Positions 23,293 through 35,591 of a DNA stretch of 64,000 nucleotides are shown piece after piece (positions within the stretch are counted from its first letter, which is position 1; every line of letters starts with the position of its first letter). Origin of the DNA: Lepidodermella squamata (taxonomy: Eukaryota; Animalia; Gastrotricha); contig JBLDXI010000011.1 of the NCBI GenBank assembly GCA_047495785.1, forward strand, positions 992,001 through 1,056,000, given 5' to 3'. The notes beneath the pieces are model-generated. The model did no database searches, had not been told where the DNA came from, and saw only the letters and a list, made by a program, of their open reading frames with translations. The translations under genes were made by a program, and so were the position numbers.

Positions 23293-24848
23293 TTAATTTA
23301 TTGATTCAAATTCGTCCTTATCTTCGTCGCTTGAATCATCGTCGCTTAAATCATTCACAATATCAAAAATGACAGCTCGTTCGTCAAATCTATTGAGATC
23401 ATTTCCAAGCACATCACGCCGAATCGGGTTTACAAAGCGACAAAATTGTAGAGGGTGACCAAGTTGTTGAAACAATGTAAATTTGTCAACAGCTTCAGTT
23501 TTGACAAAACACTTGAGATTTTCGAGAGATATTTGAGCATTCAGGCGGCCGCGTTCATGGTACTCATCACTAGTCATCACTTGCCCGCATCCTGAATGAA
23601 AACTGCTGAAACAAGCTGGGTCTGATATTACAAATTGAGCTTTCGAAGGATTCGAGTTGGCATTTTCAACCCGAGAATTTTCTTTTATTGCATGCTTTCG
23701 AACAGGCACGCTCATCGTAGCATATTTTCTAACGGAATAAATAATTTTCAGTAGCAAGTTGTTAGCCACATCCAGAACAAGTAGAGAGATTGCTCCAAGT
23801 AACTTCACTACGTACTTGAAAAGAAAGCTCAAAATCAACAGCAGGAATAGTAAAGCTGTAAGGTACAAACTTTTGTGGCCACCGCTGGTGTATACGATAA
23901 GAAATCCGGCAATGCGCAAATATACACCCATCAAGCATGAAAATCTAGTGTTTTCAATCGGCTTCGAAAGATAGAATAATGTAAAACCCACGAATGCCGA
24001 TAAGATCAGTGAAATGAACACAAAATTGACACAAATTTGTCGAATGTAAGCAGCTAATCGGTGCAAAGCTAGAGTTGAGCTTAAAATAGTTGCTATGAAC
24101 GCTGATGGCTTATTGTTTCTGTAGCTCGAAGAAAAAAATCTAACAGAGCAAAAAACGAAAGCGATTATCGACGCTAGTACGGCCAAGATGGAACCAGTTG
24201 AATAAAAAAAGAAGGGCCTCTCCGCCAGGTAAGGTGAGAAAAATACTAGTGCTGAACCGATCAAAATGAAAGCTATAAAAGAGCGAGAGAAGGGCATGAA
24301 TGTGTAGGAGATTTTGTATTTCGAATCAAAGAAGCAGACGGCAAATTGAACTCGGCGGTATGGGTCAACAGCAAACTTCGAGTTTCCCAACAAACGGTCG
24401 AACATTATTGATTTCGAATAGTCCAGGACTGTATCCATAACGTTCGAAATTGAGCGCGTGGCATTTAAACAACTGACAGTAATAAATTCGTCAGTATCTT
24501 CTGCCACCGAGATCACGACTGGTTGGGGAGATGCATGCGAAGAATCTAGGCGAATAAACTGAACCTAAATGAGGAAGTTATTTCAAATTTAGACTCGAAT
24601 TAAATCTTCAATAGATAACTAACTTGACCATGCTGCCCGAAATCCAACAGTTCGTCCTGTTTGACAGGATTGAAAACGAAAACGTCAATGCTGTTAATCC
24701 CTGGCTCGATGACGGCTGACAACGAATCGGAAGAGCCAATTTCATAGCGATTGATTGAAACAAGCCCTAGAACTGGTTCGCCAAGGCACGAGAGAAACAA
24801 CAACAGCGACATGACTAGGAGCTGAGAACTGTGACTATAGGCTGACAT
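23293..24848 (-). CDS. NEMP/TMEM194-family nuclear envelope integral membrane protein homolog (2 exons: 24848-24624, 24564-23293; ~498 aa)
   Basis: Signal peptide and multiple TMs. FFFYSTGSILAVLASII matches the NEMP FYYSTGxxxGxxASLL motif; MTSDEYHERG...SLENL...HPLQFCRFV matches the NEMP C-terminal LTEEEY..QG..ALEEL..SPKRFADFV. In-frame 59-bp GT-AG intron. Confidence 0.85.
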
Positions 24849-25134
24849 CCAGGGTCTCCAAATTGCGTACGGGTCGATAAATCGAATAAAAATTGCGTAA
24901 ATTCGAGCGAATTCGTATTGCTTTCGATCGATAGAAGGCGCAAATGAACGACGCCAAAACTATCACTCCGATAGCCAGTAGAATTGACACAACGACCCAG
25001 TAGTTGGGAGTTGGGAGTGATAACGGTAGTGACGAGTCAGATTTGACCGATGAAGTAGGGTGGATTTGCGCCTTTGGATTGCCCTTGTTGAACAGAAACC
25101 AGTTTTCAAACGAAAAATCCGGGGATGAATTCAT
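24835..25134 (-). CDS. 99-aa single-pass membrane protein with a basic tail
   Basis: TM WVVVSILLAIGVIVLASFICAFY followed by an R/K-rich tail with YxxPhi (YRPV). Overlaps the NEMP start by 14 bp. Confidence 0.55.
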   Translation of the reverse strand: MNSSPDFSFENWFLFNKGNPKAQIHPTSSVKSDSSLPLSLPTPNYWVVVSILLAIGVIVLASFICAFYRSKAIRIRSNLRNFYSIYRPVRNLETLDVSL

Positions 25135-25485
25135 TTGAAGCGATAAAATTAATTAAAAAGCCATGGTAATGCATTCAAATCTAGATTCTAGAAAATTGAT
25201 AAAAAATTGAGAAATTAGCCCATTGAAGAGAAATAAATTTAATCAAGTCACACGACAATGACGAATATAATTTTGATAAATAATAAATAATTTTTTTTGA
25301 GGTCTGCAAAACAATAATAAACAAATGGCCACAATAAATTTCTTTGAGCTCTGTCCAAGAATTATAAATTATTATCACTTCCGTTCTGTGAAGCTATCCT
25401 GATATTCGTGGAAAGCTGATTTTTATCGAACAAGCGTCGAAGTTCAGATCAGCGCCATCGGATGCTTTGTGAGAGTTCATCATCA

Positions 25486-28400
25486 TCATTCGTCGTCGCC
25501 GAAGTGGTCATCGTCATCGTCATCATCGGCGTCTTCAACATCATTAACATTCGCCCCCAGCATTAGATATTTCTGTCGAACGTCGGCTTTTCTCTTTTCA
25601 ATCTCAGGCTTCTTCATTTTTGAAGGAATCTCGCCAATTTTGTCGAGATAGGGCAAAGGTATAGCACCTACAAATCAAATTTAAATACATTTCGGAGACA
25701 GAAATATAAATGACCAAGCGCTGAATGAAATTCGATGAAAATAGGCAGACTCAGAATTAATTAGCCGAAAGATTTCAATCAAATAACCGATTTCTTGCTG
25801 TTCCAAATTTCGCAAAGTTCGCCTAATACCATGTTCCTATTGCTAGGATTTGTGCTCAAGATCAAATTCGACCTTAACTACTAATTTGGGAGAAATTTCA
25901 ACTCACCTTCTTTCACCCATTTGAACATGTCCTGCATTTTCTTGGAAGTGAGACGGAGTTCACTAGCCACTTTAGGCGGATAGGCCATGGTTTTCTTATA
26001 GGTGAACTTCTTATTGGAATCCGTGGCGTGAAACGCTTCGTAAGGCGTTTTGTAGTCCCAATCTTGCTTACCTTCGAGCAAGTTGTAATTATCGGTATAC
26101 CTATACCAGGAGAAGCGATTAAAAAGTCCACGTTGGCCTTTCGCGACAGGTAGATCGAATCTTTCTGTATAACTGGGCCCGTGTTTCGCGTTATGAAATT
26201 GACCGTGCTTCATTTCGCGAATGATGAAAGGCGGATCGCCGGCAATCGATGCACCCAAAATGGCGTCTAAAAAAATACAATTTGAAAAATAATCGAAAAA
26301 ATCCCGACGAATTTAGCAAACAACTATCTAAAAATTTTCAATGATCACGAATCTGTAAATCAAGGCGAGCGAGCGATCTAAGAACTAAGAGTCGACAATT
26401 CTATTCGATACAACGATGGATTCTACCTCCAGAAAGAATCTTTTTAGTTAAGTGAACACCTGAAGTAATCCGGGACAAATACAAGTAGTTATGCCCGTGA
26501 AGACGAGCAAGAATCAGCGGTGATCTATGTCCAGGCAAGATTGTTGCTAGCTATGGCTGCTGTTCTGTTGGCTACGGCATGATTGATCACCAGGTGAAAG
26601 AGTACGAAGTCCCTGTCGCCGACGACGGCCTGTGCATCCTCGAGTATGAATTGCAGCTGCAGACACGGCGATTACGCCACGGCTGTTATGTACGGACTAG
26701 TCATAACTTCCAGACTCGCCTTTTGGCATGAAGAACAATGAAGCACGGGCAAAGGAACGTGAAAGAAACGAATCAGATTCGCGGCCAAATTGCATTCTCA
26801 GTCGATTCAATCCGTGTTTTAATCGAAATTCTTATCTTTACCATCCTTATCCGGCTTCGATTTAGCCAACGAGGGTAAGAGAGGTAACCATTTCAGAAGA
26901 AGGAAGCGAATAGCCCAGCTGTTAAATTCGCCGGTCTCAACTCGGAAACGTGAAGTCAAAGCAATTTCGCTAAAATATCCCGAAAAATTAAGGCGGATTA
27001 CGTGACAAACGGCCGCAAAAATTCTCGAATATTCGCCGATTTTCGAAAGTTGAATAACTGATCGAATTTCATCGATAATTCCGATTTAAATTCCGAGTGC
27101 AGTTTTCCGATTTCCGAAAAGACGCTTTCATCAGATTAGAACAAGTTCAACATTTCAGACCGGAAATTAGAATGAACAATCGGTTCGGTTTCTGCCAAAC
27201 GGTAGTCAGTGAAACGCATTCTTCTGTTTATTGCGAGGAAGTTGAGCAGGGGGTTCGGCGGCAGGGTTAATTTGCAAGCGACGCGCCTCCGGTGTTAATT
27301 AAGATCATGATAACAGCCTGGATAAACCTTTTACGCCCTAGGTCATCAGGTTCGAACAACTCACTCGGCGTCAGGAATGAATTGAGTTAAGGATTAATTC
27401 CGCTGTCAAGCTACTATTCAAGCTACTATGAACTTCTATGATCAACGATTCAATTTCGAATAATTTCGATAATCCTTAATTATTGGCTTGAATTCAACAA
27501 TAACTTCAAGTTCAGAATTACTTCTCCAGTCGGTTGGGAATGCCAAGGTGCGAATTCGTCGCGCATTCCGTTCAACGGCGCTATGAATTGTGTCGCAGGG
27601 TTGCTGAGAATGTCCGACCTAAAGGCAGGTACAATAAAAGCATGTTTTAATAGAATAAGCACGATTCACTCATCTCTCCCGCACTTGAAATAGCCAGGTG
27701 CCACGTACAGGTGCTAACTATGTACTAATATTGGTGGCAAGTTGCGGATCATTTCCGGATCAGAACTCGGTTAATTTCCCAGCAAAAATATTGAATTAAT
27801 CATCGGCCTCCTTTTTAAAGCAGGTCCAAACTTAAAAGTTCCCACAGAAAGCCTAGGACAACCTACCTAAATAAGTCAAAACCAAGTTGCACTATAATTG
27901 AAGGGGACCTTGATATTTTCTACTAAACATAACGTCACAAGAAAGTGCTTGCTTGCTTACCACAAAAAAGCGATGTTCAACTGTTCGCAAGGCTCTTCCA
28001 GATGCTTTGGCCTCTTGAATGGCCAAATACAGAAAATTCGGAAAATAAGAGTTCTTGTTTTGACCTAAAAAAATTCAGAAAGTGCAAAATCTCAACGAAA
28101 AATTGAGCTAGCTCCAACCTCCAGCGCTATCTGACCACAAGTAGACATGTTCGACATCAGGACTCAAGGTCTCCGTTAAATACCTAAAAGGAAAGCAGAA
28201 TAATTTTGCGCTCAAGCCATTAACACCTACTTTAGAATGCAAGTTCCAACTTCAGATACGCCTTTTTTCCTAGAAAAATATAAGCGCTTGATGAAATCTC
28301 GCTTAATTGTAATTCCAATTACCCTTCATACTCCTCGAATAAATAGTGAACGGCTTCGCGGGTTACCACATTTAAAACGGTAATATCCCGAGTCTGGAGC

Positions 28401-29504
28401 TTCGAGTGATACCTAAAAAACATAATGATTCAAGCATTTTGAGAATCGAACTATTGAAACTTGCTTAAATTGACAGCAGGGAGTTTCGAGATTTTTCATG
28501 AAATCAAAATTGATGACAGCTATTTTGCCGCCACTATTCTTCGCTCTTTCCACATCCTGAGCTAAAATCCTCCTAGCGCGATGCTTTCGCTTCATGTGCT
28601 TCTCCAGCAGCTTTTTCAGCCGTTCCTGGTTCGGCTTCGAGTCTGTTTTCGATAGGGATTCAAGGCGCGCGCAAAATTTGCATTTATCAACCTGTGCCAA
28701 CAGAATGAGTTAAATAATTTACCCCATTTATAAATAATCAATTAAAGAAACCTTTGGTCTTTGGAAAGCGAGTTTCGGAAAACATCGTTTGAAGATCTGT
28801 TTGAAGGTCGTAAGTGAAACGGGCTGATGCACATGCGACTTGCTAGATGTCGGCGCAGTGCTAGCGAACTCTCTTTGCAGCTTTTCTTCCTGCTCAACGT
28901 ATTCGCGATGAAGAGAAGCTAAAGAATGAAAGGAATCGATGTAGTCCTTGTCCGAAGAAGCTCTTTTGTAGTGCGATGGAAGCTTCTCAATGCTCATAAT
29001 GAATGAAGTAGCGGAATCAAGACGTTCTTTAGAGATCTTCCCAACGCCTTTTTTCTTCCCGCGGCCATCCGGAGCAATAACAGCTCGAAACTTTGTTTGC
29101 TTATTCATCAAGGTGTAATTAATGACATCGAAGGAGATTTGCAGCGCATTTGTAAAAAAGTAACGGCAAACCTATAACCGAAAGCTTTAAATATAAAATG
29201 TAGGAATGATCACTATACCGACCGGCTCGTCATAGGGCCTGTTATGCATTGTCTTGTCCAAGGCAGCTTCTGATGGCAGTCGGTACCGGTAATAGCAACG
29301 CTGTTTACCGTTCTTCACTGTCATTTGCGAAGGAATTGACACAAAGCGAGCGATGAATTGCCTGCGATCTTTGATGTCACCTGAACGCCAGAATTCCTTG
29401 CACAGCTTTTTGATTGCTTCGTCTGTGAACTTGGTGTAGCATTTTTCCGGACACTTGCAAACATTGTAGTCCGGCTTTGCAGGGTCAAAGTCCATTTTAT
29501 TCAT
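25486..29504 (-). CDS. Sola1-type DDD transposase, 10 exons (~620 aa)
   Basis: Hand-spliced exons 29504-29223, 29171-28752, 28691-~28465, 28412-28323, 28269-28231, 28183-28119, 28064-27961, 27618-27522, 26266-25907, 25667-25486 give CKCPEKC..FW..VC..DGRG..PSHY..PKVDKC..FDFMK..SDSAGGQNKN..GHSQQPCDTIH. Phases are consistent if intron 3 uses a GC donor (AA|GCAAGT). Confidence 0.85.
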
Positions 29505-29838
29505 CACGTGTGTTTTTATCGTTTATATAATGTGCCACTGGTGGTGCGGTCGTGAGGTGGCGAGGTGGTATTTTTTTGTACTCTTGCCTCACTGTTGTCA
29601 AATGATTTGCCCCATTTATGCACAATAATAATCGCGCCTTGCCGTATGTGTACCATAAAAGTCCGCCCCACATTCATACTGACCTGAGCTATCGCAAATG
29701 ATAATGGGCTTTTATAATCAAAACAACGCAAGTCGCGTCTTCTAATTACCCCTGATGTGACACAAAAAGCAGTTGCGACGACAGGAATACGATATATATG
29801 ATATAAAATGGGTAAACTGTGTGTTTTCGTTTTGTAAA

Positions 29839-31809
29839 ATGCCCGCTGCTTACAGTTTTGAGGTGAGCGTTGACTTGGACTCGATAAAGCACCGTTTGGA
29901 GCGGATGCCAGCTTCGATTACTGATGTGCAGATTCGAACTCGTAGAGCGCGAGCTGAATTGGCGCAGACTCTTGCTTTGAAGACGCTACCTTCTACATGG
30001 CCATTTTCGCAGATAATGAATGGGGCCATTATGAAATCGGCCAAATTAACCATCGAGTATGATGACATTGGGGTTGTGGAAATCGAAGTACCCAGCGAAA
30101 AGCCAGCTAAATCTAGGGAAAGCGCAAACAATCGTGCTAAAAGGTTATAGAAATTGTCAAGTTATCGCATTTTATTAAATATTTTTTACTCTAGTCTCGT
30201 GATTCTGGGATTGCGTTACGGAATTAACGCCAGCAAGTTGCTAGCAATGCGTCGTTCCATTGGTTTCGAGTCAGTGTCAAAAGATTTATTCTATAAAGTT
30301 AGGAACGAGCTGGCTGTTTTGCACCCTATAAGCACGATAAGCGACGGAAAGGCGGCTTTCCGATCGGTATTTTCGCTTGCCAGTACTTGGGCCCGTAAAG
30401 GTGAGTTGAAACCGTCGGTCACTAACGACATTCGACTCCAGGTATAAATAAATTAAAATTCGAGGTAGAATTGAAACTTTATAAGTAACTGTTTAAGGTG
30501 GATGGGATGGCGAGCCGGACGAATTACGCTGACCCCCTTGTCACCGCCTATGTCTGTGTGGCGAGCAGGAAAAGGAAAGCCGGGATCGATAATGAAGACC
30601 AATTGGCTGTCTATAATGATAACGAGTCAGCGAGTAATTTTCGAGAATATTTACAACCCCCTGTCGACGAGCTTGTAAAACTGGTCGAGCAAGGCATAAC
30701 AGTCGACGGAAAAAGCTACAGTTTCAGACTGCTGACCTGCTGTGATTACCCGGCGCTGGTAAAAATATTTGGCTGTGGTCATCAGTCGAGTGAAAATCGT
30801 TGTGTTATTTGCGAGATGAGCGTCCGAAACCCAACTTTGCCAGCTAAAAGACGCAAGTTCGATGAATATTCGGCCGAAATGGCTGGGAAGCTGGGGTGGT
30901 CGGAAGATTTCGGGCCTATGATTCGGCTAAGCGAGGACAAATTGCTGATAATACCGGACTTCTTCCATCTTCAAGTCAATATTGCGAAACCACTGATTAC
31001 CCAGGTTAGCATAGCAAGCGGAAAACTCTTCGAAAAGACATTTCATCCGAAAAATAACTTTAGGTTCTCGGAAAGTTGAGAGCGTTCAGTCAACGCGAAG
31101 CAATCAAAAAAGTCATCGAATTCTTGAAGATTGGGTCGAAATAAAAATCATCAGCGGCTTCTTCAAGACGGATCAAGCGAACTCCGAAAAACTCGAAGCT
31201 GTCTATTGACGTCCGCCGAACTTTGAAGGGGAAAGTCAAAGTCAGCATTAAAAATTCGAATCACTACGGCGTTGTTCAGGTAGAATTGTGGTAGAGTGAA
31301 AATAAAACTTAATTTTGGATTTAAAATTTCAGGCATTCAAGCGATTTACTGAACATATGAGCCAAAATTCGTTGACTGATGCGTTTTTCTTGCCAAAAAA
31401 TTGGCAGAGAAAGAAAGTTTTCGGAAAAGTGAAGTCATCTGCCCGAATCAAAGAAAACGACTTTCTTACTTCTTTAGCCGGTCTTCGGAAGCTTTGCATC
31501 GCATCATGTGCCGCGTTTGACGATATCAAGGAAAATCGGAAAAAAGGAAAGGGCAAGTTCTTCATGCCGCGTTATGCATCGCTCTGGAAGACGCATGTTG
31601 GTCCTGTCACGTCATACGCACATCTCCATTCGAGCCACACATACGAGCTGTTGAAACGAAATATTAATCTGGCCGCTTTGTCCGCTGAAAGCATCGAACT
31701 ACTCATCAAAGAGCTGCGCGCAACAGTTAGCAGTCAAACTTCTAATTTCTGGCCGTTGTCTTCTCAGCTCATGAGAATTCAGAACATGAAAGACAATCTG
31801 AAAATTTGA
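29839..31809 (+). CDS. RAG1-core/Transib-like DDE transposase, 5 exons; in-frame TAA at 31142 (or a compensating frameshift pair)
   Basis: Exons 29839-30143, 30195-30441, 30498-31004, 31064-31279, 31333-31809. Motifs VDGM, CCDYPAL, CVIC, PDFFH, YAHLHSSH and SAESIE parallel RAG1 CDGMG, YDEK, CTLC, DALH, YFHKTLAH and SEGNE. Confidence 0.75.
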
Positions 31810-31943
31810 TACTTCAATTTTGTCAGCTTTACTTCTCATTTCAAGTTTTAATTTTTAAAAGTAAAATTCGAAAATGTAGAAAGAATGTTTTTTATTCAGC
31901 CTCTACTCTTGAACTCATCATCATCAGATAACACGGTAAAATA

Positions 31944-32674
31944 TCATCTTTTCGTGTACACATACTCATCTCGAGCTCGATCGAAATGCAATTCATATTT
32001 ATCTTGTGCGGACCAGACGAAAGAAAAAAGCCCGGCTCGGCAGAGCTCATCGAGTTTCGAAATTTGCCGGCAGATTGCGTTTTGGCTTCTGCCAAGTTCA
32101 GCATCAAGGTTTTTATCGGACAGAGTAATCCGCATCCAGAATTTTAATAAGCTTTTGGGAGCAGTCGCCAATTTACCGCGTTTCGTGTAGAAGGCGAACA
32201 CATGTCGCAATCGATTCCGGTCGCTAAAGGTCCACTCAACGCGTGAATTCGCGGCATGAACTATATAAATTCGGACTATTTAGGACTCTCAGTGTCAAGC
32301 ATTTCCAGATACTAACCTTTGTCAAACCGCTTTGACACCGCCCTGATGTAGTTCCAAGAGCCATAACTTGCCGTAGAAACCGAAGAGTCGAGCGTTGTAT
32401 CGCTGATTTCGATGGGCTCGATTTGCTCGGCTTGATGCGCGCCTGCTTGTTCCTGCTGTCCAAATTCCTCATGAAGAAACGATTCATCGCCTTCATTTTC
32501 CGATAAACCGGTTTCAGACTGCTGATTATTTTTCGATTTGGCGAACATTGATCGAATATCGGCCTGTTTTTCAAAGCGATTGTGCTGTTGTTGCTGATGA
32601 TGAGCAGCTCTGCGCTCACTCCTGCGCTGCCTTTTTCGCCGATTGCGTGATCGCGATTTCGCAGTTTCACTCAT
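31944..32674 (-). CDS. Myb/SANT-like protein with an Arg-rich N-terminus (2 exons)
   Basis: A phase-1 intron (G|GTTAGT..ATATAG|TT) joins MSETAKSRSRNRRKRQRR.. to EWTFSDRNRL...AELGRSQNAICRQISKL, a Myb helix-3-like LGRS..AI motif. Confidence 0.6.
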
Positions 32675-32848
32675 TTTATTCAGATGAATTTCGCAAATAG
32701 CTCGAAAAACGAATGGCTTTACGACTGATAAAAATAACAAGTGAACGACTGCACGACCTCACCACCGCACCACCAGCGCGCATAGCTAAACATAAGACTA
32801 CTACACACATGATATATAGCAATAATAATTGCACATGAATCATCTAGG

Positions 32849-33143
32849 TCACTCTGCAAAACCCGGACTTGTATGAATAACACGCTTCCCAATCTTAGCC
32901 CGAACCATCTTGGCAGGCCGAATAATTGTGCCATCTCGCGATTTCTGAGCTCGCTTGAGGAACTGCTTTCCACTGTTTCTCAGCTTGAACTCGCGGTCTC
33001 TATTACGGGACTAGAAATGCAATAATGACAAGAGATACAAATTGCTGGAAATTCAAGCTTACCTTTCTCACTCGTGGATCGACATGAGAGGGAAGCTTCG
33101 GTTTAGCCAATTCGCGTAAATGTCGTGGCAAAGACGGTGCCAT
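32849..33143 (-). CDS. 80-aa basic ORF resembling the N-terminal module of Sola1 transposases (2 exons)
   Basis: Intron 33011-33062; KLRNSGKQF..G....PAKM resembles the RNxGKxY..G..V.AK motif that precedes CxCxxxC in Sola1 proteins (family motif recalled, not searched). Confidence 0.55.
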
Positions 33144-33510
33144 ATCGACGCCTGCATTTAATAAATTTCCTACAAAATACAACAACACAAATTTATATTT
33201 ATTGAACATTCGGCATTGAGATGTCGGTTATTGAGAAATACTTTCCATTAAGTTCCATGAGAATAATAACAAGAAAGCGATAAATCTGTTCTTGAGCTAA
33301 AACAGGTTGGCATCCATGATGATTGAAAGGATCTATCGTTATCAGAGATCAGTTGATCAGAAAGCCAATGATAAAAAAATTTATTATAAGAAACGAAAGG
33401 CAAGATTTTAAAGTGACTAAAACGCAAGCAAGACGACAGCCAAATTATTTTCAAAACAGGCAAGAGAAACGTGATTGGCGGTGAAGGTAGCTGCTAGCTG
33501 CGAGACTGGA

Positions 33511-35591
33511 TTAAGCGCGCCTCTGTCTCGTCGATCTGATGGGAAAGTTGGCGAGGTCTTTGGCCAACTGATCGGTCTGAGCATACTTCCGAGGATTATT
33601 CTCCTTATCGGTAAGAGCATAGACCATCAGATCGTTCTCCTGATTTACCTCGACCGGTGTAGGAGCAGTAGCGACCTTGCCTGACAAGAAAGCTGGCCAT
33701 TTCAGCCATATTGGGCGGCGAAATAAAGCAGCCATGGCTTCCTCACGCTTGCAAGCCCAATATGCATACGCTAGAAGTACATAACGCACAATCAGCACAA
33801 TTAGATGAGCGTCAAGGCCAGCATCGCTGATCGCCTCAGAGGATTGCGTAATGTACCATTCTATCGCTGCCATGGGGAAGAAGCTAGACGTGAGCAGGCA
33901 ACGTTTGAAGGTAGCGGAAAAGAAAAACAGCGACCAATAAAACAACGTTTGGGTCTCAAAAAAATCCTCAGTGAAGACTGGAAACACTTGCGATAACGCG
34001 GATTTAACAGCCGCCGTTTCAAAAGAGCTCTCGAGGGCTTTTTGGGCCGATTGGTAAGACTGAAGTACGGACTTTTTGAAGAGCAAGTCGACAAAAAAGT
34101 GTTGAGTGTACTCGCTTACAATCTAAATGAGAATTATAAAGCAAATAAGTACAATTTATCCGTCAGAATTTAATACACACTAACCGGGGTCCAGGGCGAT
34201 TTCGTGTAGTTGAGGTAGCAGCAGACGGCGCTTGCATCGCTATAAGCTTCAAGGAGAGAGCTCAAAGCTTCATGATTTCCGCTAACCTTTGGCAGCAGCT
34301 TAGCTATAGTTGGTTTTAGTGGCAGTTTGTCATCGGCCTTGGCTTGGTAACAATTATACAGCATCGAGGCTAAATGGGTCCGGCTGTCTTCAGGCAAAGG
34401 CCATTTGCAGCCATCAGAGGCAGTGAAGGTCAGCCAAGCCTCGACACAAGCCTTGCCGGTGCCTTTGTATTTTTTAAGGCGATCCATCGACCGAGAACCA
34501 GGCTCTTTGTCGCGAAAAGTGCAGCCCTTGAGTTTATCATCGACCTCCTCCGACTTGACACCATCAAACACAGAGACGGATGACGGTTTCATTGATGGTA
34601 ACTCGGCTATTTCATCATTATCATTATCCCCCGAGGGCTCAAGTCTTCCTGCTCCCGGCTCCGCCTTCTCAAACTTAGCGAGAACAGCATTGACAGTGGA
34701 TAACACATCCTTGTTGTCTTTGTCATGCTTAAGAACAGCTGCCAGGGTTTCCAGCACATTGAGCGCGCTCTGAGTGTTTGTAGCAGCTGTGGTGGTCTTA
34801 GTCCTAGCTACAGAAGTTGACGATCTGGACGGGGATGGAGTGACGCTGGCTCCGACGACGATGGAAGACGGAATAGTCGTATCTGTTTTTACCAATGGTT
34901 CGGTAAACCAATTGGCGCGCTTGAACAGTTGCTTTGCATTTGGATGAAGAGCAAAGCAGCACAAATACTCGGACTCTCCGTACAACCAAGTGAATGTCGG
35001 AAATGAAACTTCGTCGACTTTCGCTGCGCAAGACTTTAGGGTATCCGCCTTAGGGCTGCAGGTCCCCTTGCTGTAGCAGTCGAACAAAGACAGTGCCCTG
35101 ACAACGCGGAGCGAAGTTTCACCTGAGCAACCACAGACGCCGGCGGTGCTTTCCATTAACTTCAACTGTTCAGTAAGGCAGGACCTGAGGTTAGCGTCCT
35201 TCAGCTGAGCAACCTTTTCGTAGAAGCGATGGCCATGCGAATACAGCAACTGCCAATCGGTCGCAATGGAAGTGGCAGGTGCTGCAGTTGACGCCAACTT
35301 GGTCGGTTTGGTTGCTGATGCCGTGGCGGACTTGCTGCTGGTTGCTTGCGTAGAAGTCGACGGGGATAACGTACTAACTGTCGTGTCAGCTGTAGCCGAC
35401 CCATCGTCTTCGTTATCAGCTTCATCACGTCCATCATCGCCGTCAGGTTGACCGTTTTCCTGTTCTTGCGGCTTTTGATCTCGCTTTAGGCGGATATGAC
35501 TGCGGAGCAAGATCGACTCAGGGACGGACTCTGAGGCGTCCTGTGCAATCAACCCAAAGATGAGCAGCACGGCAAGCGGAATAACTTGCAT
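33511..35591 (-). CDS. 672-aa membrane glycoprotein: signal peptide, RLKR furin site, Ser/Thr stalks, two Cys-rich repeats, C-terminal TM segments (2 exons)
   Basis: The 492-aa and 191-aa ORFs join in frame through a 62-bp GT-AG intron at 34123-34184 (CCG|GTTAGT...CATTTAG|ATT). Confidence 0.75.

Larger units (their letters stand above)
29505..32811. mobile_element. 3.3-kb RAG1/Transib/Chapaev-like DNA transposon with bipartite TIRs
   Basis: Termini CACGTGTGT / CATGTGTGT; inner inverted block CTGGTGGTGCGGT(C/G)GTGAGGT (29538-29558 / 32756-32776, 20 of 21 identical); AT on both flanks; encloses two convergent genes. Confidence 0.7.

Noticed and set aside
26400-26760. Antisense nested gene in the 1.25-kb Sola1 intron
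   Set aside because: Only a short hydrophobic stretch interrupted by stops.
27830-27866. Alternative Sola1 exon after ATTTAG (VGCPRLS..)
   Set aside because: The exon at 27618-27522 supplies the expected GHS..CD..H motif in the correct phase.
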